From Schmidtea polychroa (Eukaryota), in contig CM097887.1 of NCBI GenBank assembly GCA_044892525.1, positions 12,090,001 through 12,154,000 on the forward strand: 64,000 bases of DNA. Reading direction: 5' to 3'. Under the pieces are notes generated by a model. It was not told the origin of the DNA, made no database searches, and saw only the letters and a program-made list of their open reading frames with translations. Below, one piece after another: positions 1-13,500 of this stretch. The translations under genes and the position numbers were made by a program. Each line of letters begins with the position of its first letter. The first letter of the stretch is position 1.

Positions 1-377
1 ATAATAATAATAATAATAATAGTAATAATAAGAACTTTGAAAAACTGTTTAAAAATAAGCTAACGGAAATATTACTTTGAAAAATATTTGATGATGTTCA
101 TGTAACTAATGAAAATGTTGCTGAAATAATAATGAAAATATTGAAAATCTAGAAAATTATGAAAATGTAAAAAATCCATGAAAATATTATTAATTATGAA
201 AATCATGAAAATGTTGGAAAAGTTGGAAATTATGAAAATATTGAAAATTATTAAAATATTCATGCAAATGATGAAAATGCTGAAAAGCATGAAATGAACG
301 TAGAAATTAGGTTTTATGAATATTTGCAAATTATAATAATAATAAGAAGAAGAAGAATTTTCAAAAAAACTGAAAAA
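1..377. repeat. Low-complexity (AAT)n / GAAAAT-rich tract
   Basis: (AAT)n at 1-30 followed by many degenerate tgaaaat/gaaaat units up to the first N run. Confidence 0.85.
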
Positions 378-539
378 NNNNNNNNNNNNNNNNNNNNNNN
401 NNNNNNNNNNNNNNNNNNNNNNNNNNNNNNNNNNNNNNNNNNNNNNNNNNNNNNNNNNNNNNNNNNNNNNNNNNNNNNNNNNNNNNNNNNNNNNNNNNNN
501 NNNNNNACGGGCGTTAATATCTTTCCCAATAATAATTAT

Positions 540-790
540 AAATTATTATGTAATTGATAATTAAAACAAAAATATATTATTATATATTTAACGATTTAAA
601 GAAAATTAAATTATTAAGTAATCGATGATTAAAACAAAAATAAAAATATTATTATATAATCACCGATTTAAACAAAATTAAATTATTGAGTAATCAATAA
701 TTTAAACAAAAATAAAAATATTATCATATAATCAAAGATTTAAACAAAATTAAATTATTACGTAATCGATAATAAAAACAAAAATAAAAT
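540..790. repeat. ~60-bp AT-rich tandem repeat, about 4 degenerate copies
   Basis: Recurring taatcgatgattaaaacaaaaataaaaatattat...gatttaaacaaaattaaattatt; a reverse-complement relative occurs at ~49700-49850. Confidence 0.7.
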
Positions 791-878
791 AATAATATGA
801 CCTTGAAAATAATAATATTTTGAAAAATAATAATATGAGAAATAATAATATCAACTTGAAAAAATAAAATAATCGAAT

Positions 879-1630
879 GCGAGCAGTACCCTTGTGAGCA
901 TTACCCATAGGGGGACAGAATATTTTGATGGATAAAATCNNNNNNNNNNNNNNNNNNNNNNNNNNNNNNNNNNNNNNNNNNNNNNNNNNNNNNNNNNNNN
1001 NNNNNNNNNNNNNNNNNNNNNNNNNNNNNNNNNNNNNNNNNNNNNNNNNNNNNNNNNNNNNNNNNNNNNNNNNNNNNAAAGGTCTTGAATTGGGCTTTAA
1101 AATGAGCTATCGTTGAATATTGTTTGTTGGCGGGAACTCTGTAAATTTAAATTTTAAAATTTGACCTTGAAAAAAAATGACCTTGAAAAAAAATGACCTT
1201 GATAAAATAATATTTTTAAAAATAATAATAAAATACTCAAATAACCTTGAAAATAGTCGCGGGAAAATGTTAATTACTTTGCCAATTATAATGGTGATGA
1301 CCACTATAGCTCATGCAAAAGGTATTGCACCAAACTTCAAAATAAGCTATCGATCGATGAAATAAAATGATGGGAACGATAACTTTTGGCATGCCAAATA
1401 TTAGGGCACCGCTAGCACACTTAATAATATTTTTGAAAAATAATAATATGACCTTGATGAGTCATCGCGATGAGTCATATAACCTTGTGAATGACCTGGA
1501 ATGAGTCATGCGACCTTGAAAATGACCTTGGTGAGTCATATGTCTTTGTTTAAAATTTTAACTTGAAAAATTTTTTTTTAATTTTTCTACCGGGGGGGGT
1601 GTACTAGCGGTGCTCAATCCATCTATTAAT
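879..1630 (-). mobile_element. Right-hand terminal repeat of a Maverick/Polinton-like DNA element extending leftwards
   Basis: Reverse complement of 17219-18075 (e.g. 1081-1140 vs 17400-17465); outer end reads ATTAATAG..C-run on the minus strand; dense tgaccttga and tgagtcat motifs. Confidence 0.5.
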
Positions 1631-1840
1631 ACAAAAGATTAAACATAAAAGATTAATATAAACAATATTCATATAATTAAATTTTAAAATGGAATTATGA
1701 AATGATGTAGTTTACCAAATTATTACTCCTAATGGTAACGGAAAACCTTTGCTTGTTTGCAAATTACTTTAATTAAATCTCTTTATTATAATAATTTCCG
1801 TTGTCTGTCTGTCTGAATATAACACTGTTAAAAAATTAAA

Positions 1841-2853
1841 TTGATAAATAATTTTTTATACTACTCTATAATTATAATACAAATCAATATGATGAAAGTG
1901 GTACCGAGCAACAAACTGGAATTACAAAGAACTCTGGACACAAGAGTGGAAAGTGAAACAATCGAAAGAATAGAAAATGTAATATTGGACCATCAAAATA
2001 TCAGAGTCATTGGTAACAATCGGAGAAATTATAAAAATATGGACAATCAGGCTGATATTACAGCAATCCAAGAGAATCACATGAGATCAGTCAACAGAAG
2101 ATATTGCCACAAATCGAAGACTAACAAAGACCATGAAAATCGAAATGGTGAAAATAATGAAAACATCATGACAGAAGAACGGTAAAAAAATGAAACCAAT
2201 GCCAGCAGCGAAGACACAATGAGCGTAATTGTTTTTTAAATATGACGTGTCGGAATTGTCAGAGAATGGGGCATTGCAAAGAGAAATGTTGTCGCATAAA
2301 AAGGTGTTACGAATGTAAAAGAACTGGACATTTGGTCAATAACTGTCCGAATGGGACAAATCCAGGGAGAGATCAGTCACGAGAATACGTCCCCGAACAG
2401 AACAATAAAAAATATGTCGAAAACAGAATTTATCAGCCAGGAATTAGAAAACATCAATCTCCAATGTTAATAAAACAACAGCCGACAAATGTACACAGAC
2501 GGACAAATGACGTGAAGGAACAGGTAAAACCCAACGCATACGAGGTATTGAGAAGACAATGTGTGGAGCAGTGTAAGTTAATAATGGAACTGGTTGTGAA
2601 AGAAACGAGACAAGATGAATCGATAATGATATGGAGAAAAGTTGCAGAAAACAAAACCCGAGAAAATGAAGTACTAAAGACAACGATACTCAGACTAAAA
2701 GAAGAAGCAAGGTCAGCCGAATTAAGAATCAATGAAATAAAGGATAATCGAGAGAAATGCAAAAATATGGCAGCAGAGACACAAATGAAGACGGCCAAGG
2801 AAAAGAAGAAGGGTAGTGCAAAGGATGAAGTGGAAATTAAAGAGGAAGTGTAG
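1841..2853 (+). pseudogene. Retroelement gag-like gene with two CCHC zinc knuckles and a C-terminal coiled coil; interrupted by a stop/frameshift at ~2185-2242
   Basis: CRNCQRMGHCKEKC and CYECKRTGHLVNNC in ORF 2242-2853; upstream ORF 1841-2185 is colinear. Confidence 0.75.
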
Positions 2854-3795
2854 ATGAAAATAGTAAAAAGGAAGTGTACATTTGTAAAAATTGATGTATA
2901 ATAATTATTAACAGTTAATAATAATAATAATAATAGGGATACGGATAATAATAAACCCTAATGCTAACATTTATCTAAATTTTAATATTAACAATAACAA
3001 AAAAAATAATAGTATTACTAATTTTAAACCATGCACCTCCTCGGGCAACCGACTTATTTACTAGAAAGGACCCTACCTCAATCGCCACTCATTCAAAAAC
3101 ATAAATACAGCGGATGGATATGCCTTACTACAGGGACATATTGGACACCTGCCCTTCATTCCAACTAGACTGACGAACGCAAATGCGACTCTAGAGAAAT
3201 CAACCCAGCCAACCCGACTGTTTATACGTACTCCTAGAAGCCACAACCCAACCAAGCAAACCAGCCTTATTCAAGCGTCAACTCAACCAACACAACCACC
3301 CGGCATCCCTAACCAATCAGGCACCAACCCAACCACAATCCTCCAAATGCGCTAGCTCTTTTGTTATAACAATCCTGACCAATCAGGCATCAACCCTACC
3401 ATCCCAGACAGCACCAACTCAACCAACCCAACCTCAATCTCCAAAAGCACTAGCGCTTTGTTATGCCAATCCTGACCAATCAAGCACCAACTCAACCAAC
3501 CCAACCACAATCCTCCAAAGGCGCTAGCTCTCTTGATATATCATCAACCCAAACAGCACCAACTCAACCAACACAACCATAATCCTCCAAAAGCGCTAGC
3601 TCTATTGTTATTTGTATTTTTCTACTTATTGTGGCTGATCAATCCGGCAATCCTGCATCAACCCAACCAATCCAATCAGTCTCCTTATTTCTTTGTCTTG
3701 CCTCAATTCTATATATGTGTCTATTTATATTTAATATTTTTAACCCTGCGAGTAACCTATACCTATACTCCTACCACTACCCTACACCTCTCGAA

Positions 3796-4085
3796 AACCT
3801 CTACCTTCCAACCTCTAACTCCCAACCTCTACCTTCCAACCTCTACCTTCCAACCTCTACCTTCCAACCTCTACCTTCCAACCTCTACCTTCCAACCTCT
3901 ACCTTCCAACCTCTACCTTCCAACCTCTACCTTCCAACCTCTACCTTCCAACCTCTACCTTCCAACCGCTACCTTCCAACCTCTACCTTCCAACCTCTAC
4001 CTTATAACCTCTACCTTATAACCACTACCTTATAACCACTACCTTATAACCACTACCTTATAACCACTACCTTATAACCACTATA
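3796..4085 (+). repeat. 14-bp minisatellite (AACCTCTACCTTCC)n grading into (AACCACTACCTTAT)n; also at 6162-6451, 8528-8733, 10810-11099
   Basis: Directly visible; about 20, 20, 14 and 20 units in the four array copies. Confidence 0.97.
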
Positions 4086-4365
4086 ACCTCAACCTTACCT
4101 CGTCTACCCACTTCCAAAAAACTTACCAACTATATCCTATAATATTGTATGTCCATGCATAACCTTATTTATACCCAAAATATCTTTATTATATAGTGCT
4201 GGAGCCTATCTCAAGAAGCTTCAAACATCATCCAATTCAGACCTCTCGTTTAACGCTTGAGCACCTGCTCAGCGTTCGCCTGAAAAAACAGAAAAAAAAA
4301 CTTTAGATCACAAAGGGTTGAGAATATCTCCCCTTATGCCCGATGGGCCTTACAGTTTAATAAAA

Positions 4366-4558
4366 GGCGTAAATTTTTAACTAATGCTTCTGTGCTAATT
4401 CCAACTAAGGAACAGGAGAAGCGCAGTAATAGCCCATAGTGGGGTCTGAGACAACCGCTAAAAAAACAATAAAGCATTTGCGTGCATGTTAAATAAATTA
4501 TGCTTCTTAGGTACAGGATAAACTGGCACTATTTATACTTGATAGCCCTGATTATAAA
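4366..4558 (+). mobile_element. Internal fragment of the hAT MITE found at 39766-40264, present in each array unit
   Basis: ggcgtaaatttttaactaatgc...gccctgattataaa is near-identical to 39841-40033. Confidence 0.9.
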
Positions 4559-7500
4559 TATGGACAATCAGGCTGATATTACAGCAATCCAAGAGAATCC
4601 TATGAGATCAGTCAACAGAAGATATTGCCACAAATCGAAGACTAACAAAGACCATGAAAATCGAAATGGTGAAAATAATGAAAACATCATGACAGAAGAA
4701 TGGTAAAAAAATGAAACCAATGCCAGCAGCGAAGACACAATGAGCGTAATTGTTTTTTGAATATGATGTGTCGGAATTGTCAGAGAATGGGGCATTGCAA
4801 TGAGAAATGTTGTCGCATAAAAAGGTGTTACGAATGTAAAAGAACTGGACATTTGGTCAATAACTGTCCGAATGGGACAAATCCAGGGAGAGATCAGTCA
4901 CTAGAATACGTCATCGAACAGAACAATAAAAAATATGTCGAAAACAGAATTTATCAGACAGGAATAAGAAACAAGACAGGATGAATCGATAATGATATGG
5001 AGAAAAGTTGCAGAAAACAAAACCCGAGAAAATGAAGTACTAAAGACAACGATACTCAGACTAAAAGAAGAAGCAAGGTCAGCCGAATTAAGAATCAATG
5101 AAATAAAGGATAATCGAGAGAAATGCAAAAATATGGCAGCAGAGACACAAATGAAGACGGCCAAGGAAAAGAAGAAGGGTAGTGCAAAGGATGAAGTGGA
5201 AATTAAAGAGGAAGTGTAGATGAAAATAGTAAAAAGGAAGTGTACATTTGTAAAAATTGATGTATAATAATTATTAACAGTTAATAATAATAATAATAAT
5301 AGGGATACGGATAATAATAAACCCTAATGCTAACATTTATCTAAATTTTAATATTAACAATAACAAAAAAAATAATAGTATTACTAATTTTAAACCATGC
5401 ACCTCCTCGGGCAACCGACTTATTTACTAGAAAGGACCCTACCTCAATCGCCACTCATTCAAAAACATAAATACAGCGGATGGATATGCCTTACTACAGG
5501 GACATATTGGACACCTGCCCTTCATTCCAACTAGACTGACGAACGCAAATGCGACTCTAGAGAAATCAACCCAGCCAACCCGACTGTTTATACGTACTCC
5601 TAGAAGCCACAACCCAACCAAGCAAACCAGCCTTATTCAAGCGTCAACCCAACCAACACAACCACCCGGCATCCCTAACCAATCAGGCACCAACCCAACC
5701 ACAATCCTCCAAATGCGCTAGCTCTTTTGTTATAACAATCCTGACCAATCAGGCATCAACCCTACCATCCCAGACAGCACCAACTCAACCAACCCAACCT
5801 CAATCTCCAAAAGCACTAGCGCTTTGTTATGCCAATCCTGACCAATCAAGCACCAACTCAACCAACCCAACCACAATCCTCCAAAGGCGCTAGCTCTCTT
5901 GATATATCATCAACCCAAACAGCACCAACTCAACCAACACAACCATAATCCTCCAAAAGCGCTAGCTCTGTTGTTATTTGTATTTTTCTACTTATTGTGG
6001 CTGATCAATCCGGCAATCCTGCATCAACCCAACCAATCCAATCAGTCTCCTTATTTCTTTGTCTTGCCTCAATTCTATATATGTGTCTATTTATATTTAA
6101 TATTTTTAACCCTGCGAGTAACCTATACCTATACTCCTACCACTACCCTACACCTCTCGAAAACCTCTACCTTCCAACCTCTAACTCCCAACCTCTACCT
6201 TCCAACCTCTACCTTCCAACCTCTACCTTCCAACCTCTACCTTCCAACCTCTACCTTCCAACCTCTACCTTCCAACCTCTACCTTCCAACCTCTACCTTC
6301 CAACCTCTACCTTCCAACCTCTACCTTCCAACCGCTACCTTCCAACCTCTACCTTCCAACCTCTACCTTATAACCTCTACCTTATAACCACTACCTTATA
6401 ACCACTACCTTATAACCACTACCTTATAACCACTACCTTATAACCACTATAACCTCAACCTTACCTCGTCTACCCACTTCCAAAAAACTTACCAACTATA
6501 TCCTATAATATTGTATGTCCATGCATAACCTTATTTATACCCAAAATATCTTTATTATATAGTGCTGGAGCCTATCTCAAGAAGCTTCAAACATCATCCA
6601 ATTCAGACCTCTCGTTTAACGCTTGAGCACCTGCTCAGCGTTCGCCTGAAAAAACAGAAAAAAAAACTTTAGATCACAAAGGGTTGAGAATATCTCCCCT
6701 TATGCCCGATGGGCCTTACAGTTTAATAAAAGGCGTAAATTTTTAACTAATGCTTCTGTGCTAATTCCAACTAAGGAACAGGAGAAGCGCAGTAATAGCC
6801 CATAGTGGGGTCTGAGACAACCGCTAAAAAAACAATAAAGCATTTGCGTGCATGTTAAATAAATTATGCTTCTTAGGTACAGGATAAACTGGCACTATTT
6901 ATACTTGATAGCCCTGATTATAAATATGGACAATCAGGCTGATATTACAGCAATCCAAGAGAATCCTATGAGATCAGTCAACAGAAGATATTGCCACAAA
7001 TCGAAGACTAACAAAGACCATGAAAATCGAAATGGTGAAAATAATGAAAACATCATGACAGAAGAATGGTAAAAAAATGAAACCAATGCCAGCAGCGAAG
7101 ACACAATGAGCGTAATTGTTTTTTGAATATGATGTGTCGGAATTGTCAGAGAATGGGGCATTGCAATGAGAAATGTTGTCGCATAAAAAGGTGTTACGAA
7201 TGTAAAAGAACTGGACATTTGGTCAATAACTGTCCGAATGGGACAAATCCAGGGAGAGATCAGTCACTAGAATACGTCATCGAACAGAACAATAAAAAAT
7301 ATGTCGAAAACAGAATTTATCAGACAGGAATAAGAAACAAGACAGGATGAATCGATAATGATATGGAGAAAAGTTGCAGAAAACAAAACCCGAGAAAATG
7401 AAGTACTAAAGACAACGATACTCAGACTAAAAGAAGAAGCAAGGTCAGCCGAATTAAGAATCAATGAAATAAAGGATAATCGAGAGAAATGCAAAAATAT

Positions 7501-10500
7501 GGCAGCAGAGACACAAATGAAGACGGCCAAGGAAAAGAAGAAGGGTAGTGCAAAGGATGAAGTGGAAATTAAAGAGGAAGTGTAGATGAAAATAGTAAAA
7601 AGGAAGTGTACATTTGTAAAAATTGATGTATAATAATTATTAACAGTTAATAATAATAATAATAATAGGGATACGGATAATAATAAACCCTAATGCTAAC
7701 ATTTATCTAAATTTTAATATTAACAATAACAAAAAAAATAATAGTATTACTAATTTTAAACCATGCACCTCCTCGGGCAACCGACTTATTTACTAGAAAG
7801 GACCCTACCTCAATCGCCACTCATTCAAAAACATAAATACAGCGGATGGATATGCCTTACTACAGGGACATATTGGACACCTGCCCTTCATTCCAACTAG
7901 ACTGACGAACGCAAATGCGACTCTAGAGAAATCAACCCAGCCAACCCGACTGTTTATACGTACTCCTAGAAGCCACAACCCAACCAAGCAAACCAGCCTT
8001 ATTCAAGCGTCAACCCAACCAACACAACCACCCGGCATCCCTAACCAATCAGGCACCAACCCAACCACAATCCTCCAAATGCGCTAGCTCTTTTGTTATA
8101 ACAATCCTGACCAATCAGGCATCAACCCTACCATCCCAGACAGCACCAACTCAACCAACCCAACCTCAATCTCCAAAAGCACTAGCGCTTTGTTATGCCA
8201 ATCCTGACCAATCAAGCACCAACTCAACCAACCCAACCACAATCCTCCAAAGGCGCTAGCTCTCTTGATATATCATCAACCCAAACAGCACCAACTCAAC
8301 CAACACAACCATAATCCTCCAAAAGCGCTAGCTCTGTTGTTATTTGTATTTTTCTACTTATTGTGGCTGATCAATCCGGCAATCCTGCATCAACCCAACC
8401 AATCCAATCAGTCTCCTTATTTCTTTGTCTTGCCTCAATTCTATATATGTGTCTATTTATATTTAATATTTTTAACCCTGCGAGTAACCTATACCTATAC
8501 TCCTACCACTACCCTACACCTCTCGAAAACCTCTACCTTCCAACCTCTAACTCCCAACCTCTACCTTCCAACCTCTACCTTCCAACCTCTACCTTCCAAC
8601 CTCTACCTTCCAACCGCTACCTTCCAACCTCTACCTTCCAACCTCTACCTTATAACCTCTACCTTATAACCACTACCTTATAACCACTACCTTATAACCA
8701 CTACCTTATAACCACTACCTTATAACCACTATAACCTCAACCTTACCTCGTCTACCCACTTCCAAAAAACTTACCAACTATATCCTATAATATTGTATGT
8801 CCATGCATAACCTTATTTATACCCAAAATATCTTTATTATATAGTGCTGGAGCCTATCTCAAGAAGCTTCAAACATCATCCAATTCAGACCTCTCGTTTA
8901 ACGCTTGAGCACCTGCTCAGCGTTCGCCTGAAAAAACAGAAAAAAAAACTTTAGATCACAAAGGGTTGAGAATATCTCCCCTTATGCCCGATGGGCCTTA
9001 CAGTTTAATAAAAGGCGTAAATTTTTAACTAATGCTTCTGTGCTAATTCCAACTAAGGAACAGGAGAAGCGCAGTAATAGCCCATAGTGGGGTCTGAGAC
9101 AACCGCTAAAAAAACAATAAAGCATTTGCGTGCATGTTAAATAAATTATGCTTCTTAGGTACAGGATAAACTGGCACTATTTATACTTGATAGCCCTGAT
9201 TATAAATATGGACAATCAGGCTGATATTACAGCAATCCAAGAGAATCACATGAGATCAGTCAACAGAAGATATTGCCACAAATCGAAGACTAACAAAGAC
9301 CATGAAAATCGAAATGGTGAAAATAATGAAAACATCATGACAGAAGAATGGTAAAAAAATGAAACCAATGCCAGCAGCGAAGACACAATGAGCGTAATTG
9401 TTTTTTGAATATGATGTGTCGGAATTGTCAGAGAATGGGGCATTGCAATGAGAAATGTTGTCGCATAAAAAGGTGTTACGAATGTAAAAGAACTGGACAT
9501 TTGGTCAATAACTGTCCGAATGGGACAAATCCAGGGAGAGATCAGTCACTAGAATACGTCATCGAACAGAACAATAAAAAATATGTCGAAAACAGAATTT
9601 ATCAGACAGGAATAAGAAACAAGACAGGATGAATCGATAATGATATGGAGAAAAGTTGCAGAAAACAAAACCCGAGAAAATGAAGTACTAAAGACAACGA
9701 TACTCAGACTAAAAGAAGAAGCAAGGTCAGCCGAATTAAGAATCAATGAAATAAAGGATAATCGAGAGAAATGCAAAAATATGGCAGCAGAGACACAAAT
9801 GAAGACGGCCAAGGAAAAGAAGAAGGGTAGTGCAAAGGATGAAGTGGAAATTAAAGAGGAAGTGTAGATGAAAATAGTAAAAAGGAAGTGTACATTTGTA
9901 AAAATTGATGTATAATAATTATTAACAGTTAATAATAATAATAATAATAGGGATACGGATAATAATAAACCCTAATGCTAACATTTATCTAAATTTTAAT
10001 ATTAACAATAACAAAAAAAATAATAGTATTACTAATTTTAAACCATGCACCTCCTCGGGCAACCGACTTATTTACTAGAAAGGACCCTACCTCAATCGCC
10101 ACTCATTCAAAAACATAAATACAGCGGATGGATATGCCTTACTACAGGGACATATTGGACACCTGCCCTTCATTCCAACTAGACTGACGAACGCAAATGC
10201 GACTCTAGAGAAATCAACCCAGCCAACCCGACTGTTTATACGTACTCCTAGAAGCCACAACCCAACCAAGCAAACCAGCCTTATTCAAGCGTCAACCCAA
10301 CCAACACAACCACCCGGCATCCCTAACCAATCAGGCACCAACCCAACCACAATCCTCCAAATGCGCTAGCTCTTTTGTTATAACAATCCTGACCAATCAG
10401 GCATCAACCCTACCATCCCAGACAGCACCAACTCAACCAACCCAACCTCAATCTCCAAAAGCACTAGCGCTTTGTTATGCCAATCCTGACCAATCAAGCA

Positions 10501-13500
10501 CCAACTCAACCAACCCAACCACAATCCTCCAAAGGCGCTAGCTCTCTTGATATATCATCAACCCAAACAGCACCAACTCAACCAACACAACCATAATCCT
10601 CCAAAAGCGCTAGCTCTGTTGTTATTTGTATTTTTCTACTTATTGTGGCTGATCAATCCGGCAATCCTGCATCAACCCAACCAATCCAATCAGTCTCCTT
10701 ATTTCTTTGTCTTGCCTCAATTCTATATATGTGTCTATTTATATTTAATATTTTTAACCCTGCGAGTAACCTATACCTATACTCCTACCACTACCCTACA
10801 CCTCTCGAAAACCTCTACCTTCCAACCTCTAACTCCCAACCTCTACCTTCCAACCTCTACCTTCCAACCTCTACCTTCCAACCTCTACCTTCCAACCTCT
10901 ACCTTCCAACCTCTACCTTCCAACCTCTACCTTCCAACCTCTACCTTCCAACCTCTACCTTCCAACCTCTACCTTCCAACCGCTACCTTCCAACCTCTAC
11001 CTTCCAACCTCTACCTTATAACCTCTACCTTATAACCACTACCTTATAACCACTACCTTATAACCACTACCTTATAACCACTACCTTATAACCACTATAA
11101 CCTCAACCTTACCTCGTCTACCCACTTCCAAAAAACTTACCAACTATATCCTATAATATTGTATGTCCATGCATAACCTTATTTATACCCAAAATATCTT
11201 TATTATATAGTGCTGGAGCCTATCTCAAGAAGCTTCAAACATCATCCAATTCAGACCTCTCGTTTAACGCTTGAGCACCTGCTCAGCGTTCGCCTGAAAA
11301 AACAGAAAAAAAAACTTTAGATCACAAAGGGTTGAGAATATCTCCCCTTATGCCCGATGGGCCTTACAGTTTAATAAAAGGCGTAAATTTTTAACTAATG
11401 CTTCTGTGCTAATTCCAACTAAGGAACAGGAGAAGCGCAGTAATAGCCCATAGTGGGGTCTGAGACAACCGCTAAAAAAACAATAAAGCATTTGCGTGCA
11501 TGTTAAATAAATTATGCTTCTTAGGTACAGGATAAACTGGCACTATTTATACTTGATAGCCCTGATTATAAATATGGACAATCAGGCTGATATTACAGCA
11601 ATCCAAGAGAATCACATGAGATCAGTCAACAGAAGATATTGCCACAAATCGAAGACTAACAAAGACCATGAAAATCGAAATGGTGAAAATAATGAAAACA
11701 TCATGACAGAAGAATGGTAAAAAAATGAAACCAATGCCAGCAGCGAAGACACAATGAGCGTAATTGTTTTTTGAATATGATGTGTCGGAATTGTCAGAGA
11801 ATGGGGCATTGCAAAGAGAAATGTTGTCGCATAAAAAGGTGTTACGAATGTAAAAGAACTGGACATTTGGTCAATAACTGTCCGAATGGGACAAATCCAG
11901 GGAGAGATCAGTCACGAGAATACGTCATCGAACAGAACAATAAAAAATATGTCGAAAACAGAATTTATCAGCCAGGAATAAGAAACAAGACAGGATGAAT
12001 CGATAATGATATGGAGAAAAGTTGCAGAAAACAAAACCCGAGAAAATGAAGTACTAAAGACAACGATACTCAGACTAAAAGAAGAAGCAAGGTCAGCCGA
12101 ATTAAGAATCAATGAAATAAAGGATAATCGAGAGAAATGCAAAAATATGGCAGCAGAGACACAAATGAAGACGGCCAAGGAAAAGAAGAAGGGTAGTGCA
12201 AAGGATGAAGTGGAAATTAAAGAGGAAGTGTAGATGAAAATAGTAAAAAGGAAGTGTACATTTGTAAAAATTGATGTATAAATAGCAAACTAAATGTATT
12301 AGACGTATAGGTATAAATTGATGTATAATGTAGCAAAGGATCGATGTATGTATAATTAAAATAGAAATGGATCAAGTAATCAGTTGGGAAAACATTTTAA
12401 CCCTTACAATAGTAAAGGAGAACAGAGGCTCAAATGAGAAGAAAGAATATAAATCCAAAAGAAAGATAAAAGTGCAGACCCGGAAAGAATGAGTTAAACG
12501 AATATCTAAAAGTAATATCTAATTTGGAACCCCCAAAAAAAGAACGGTAAAAGATCCTGATAAATGAGACGAAAGTCACAGACCCTGTGACATTGGAAAG
12601 TTAATCAAATCAAGCAAGCTTAGAACCCGATCGAAGATAATTTGAGTTACCCATTAAAGAAAGAAAATCCCTTAATAAGAGCAATACCGTAAACAAAACC
12701 ACCGAGAAAAACCAAAAGAAAAATCAATGTGTCAAATCACCCAGTTAAACAAAAGTTCCGAAGACCCTTGAGCAAGGTCTGTCATATACCATCAAATGAT
12801 CCAGAAAATCAGAATCCCAGCCTAAAAATCTAAAGAGAATCCGGGAAAACAGTCAAACCCCGATAGAGAGAATCCTATGATCTTCAGTAAATATTACGAA
12901 CTAATTATGAAAATCAACAACAGGAATCAAACATGCCTACAAAACCCAGACGAAAGATTGAAAACCGAACCCAGAAACGAGAAGAAACAACCAACTGAAG
13001 ACTTGATCCAGAAATAAAACTGTTGCATGTGACTTGTACTTGAGTTTGGACACGGTATAAGTATGTATGTGTATTGTGACCAGTCACTGTATGTGGCAAC
13101 TGCTTGAATTTTAGCTTAGACCTTTTTCTGATAATTCAATTTTAACATGTCTTAAACTATTATAGTATGTTTATAGGTTGATGGAAATGTAATAGACTAT
13201 GACCAGGGAAATTCATATGTCTAACAGAATTGCGGGACGCAATTTTGACGGGTCCCGGAGTGATTTGTTGGGCTAGAACCGAGAATCGAGAGCTTGTTTT
13301 AATGAATCAAAAATATATAACATAAAAATCGCACCAAGTTAAATTAAAACACCAACCCATACAAACTAAAGTACATAACACACGGATGATAAATAAGACC
13401 CGGGTAATAAAATAAAGGAAGGCAAATAAAGGTCGTCATGCATGCATGCAAAAATTAATCAGAATTGCCTCGCATTCTAATTGGATATAGTAGCAGAGAA

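Larger units (their letters stand above)
2038..12290 (+). repeat. Tandem array of a composite unit: 4 full units (2521, 2366, 2282, 2366 bp) plus a final gag segment
   Basis: Identical ORFs recur at 3533/5899/8265/10547 and 4500/6866/9148/11514; period differences are explained by a ~155-bp gag deletion and by six fewer 14-mers in unit 3. Confidence 0.95.

Noticed and set aside
294-1116. ORFs spanning N runs (also 28058-28499, 33144-33594, 46303-46734)
   Set aside because: Artefacts of translating unknown bases
2954-2961. Telomeric TTAGGG-like motif (also two units at 48260-48273)
   Set aside because: One or two units only; expected by chance
3533-4035. ORFs with (STFQPLPSNLYLPT)n, also at 5899, 8265, 10547, 28968 and 34063
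   Set aside because: Open only because the 14-bp minisatellite lacks stops; length tracks repeat number; start codons are non-ATG or incidental
3796-4085. CRISPR-like array
   Set aside because: Contiguous repeats with no unique spacers, eukaryotic context, no cas genes
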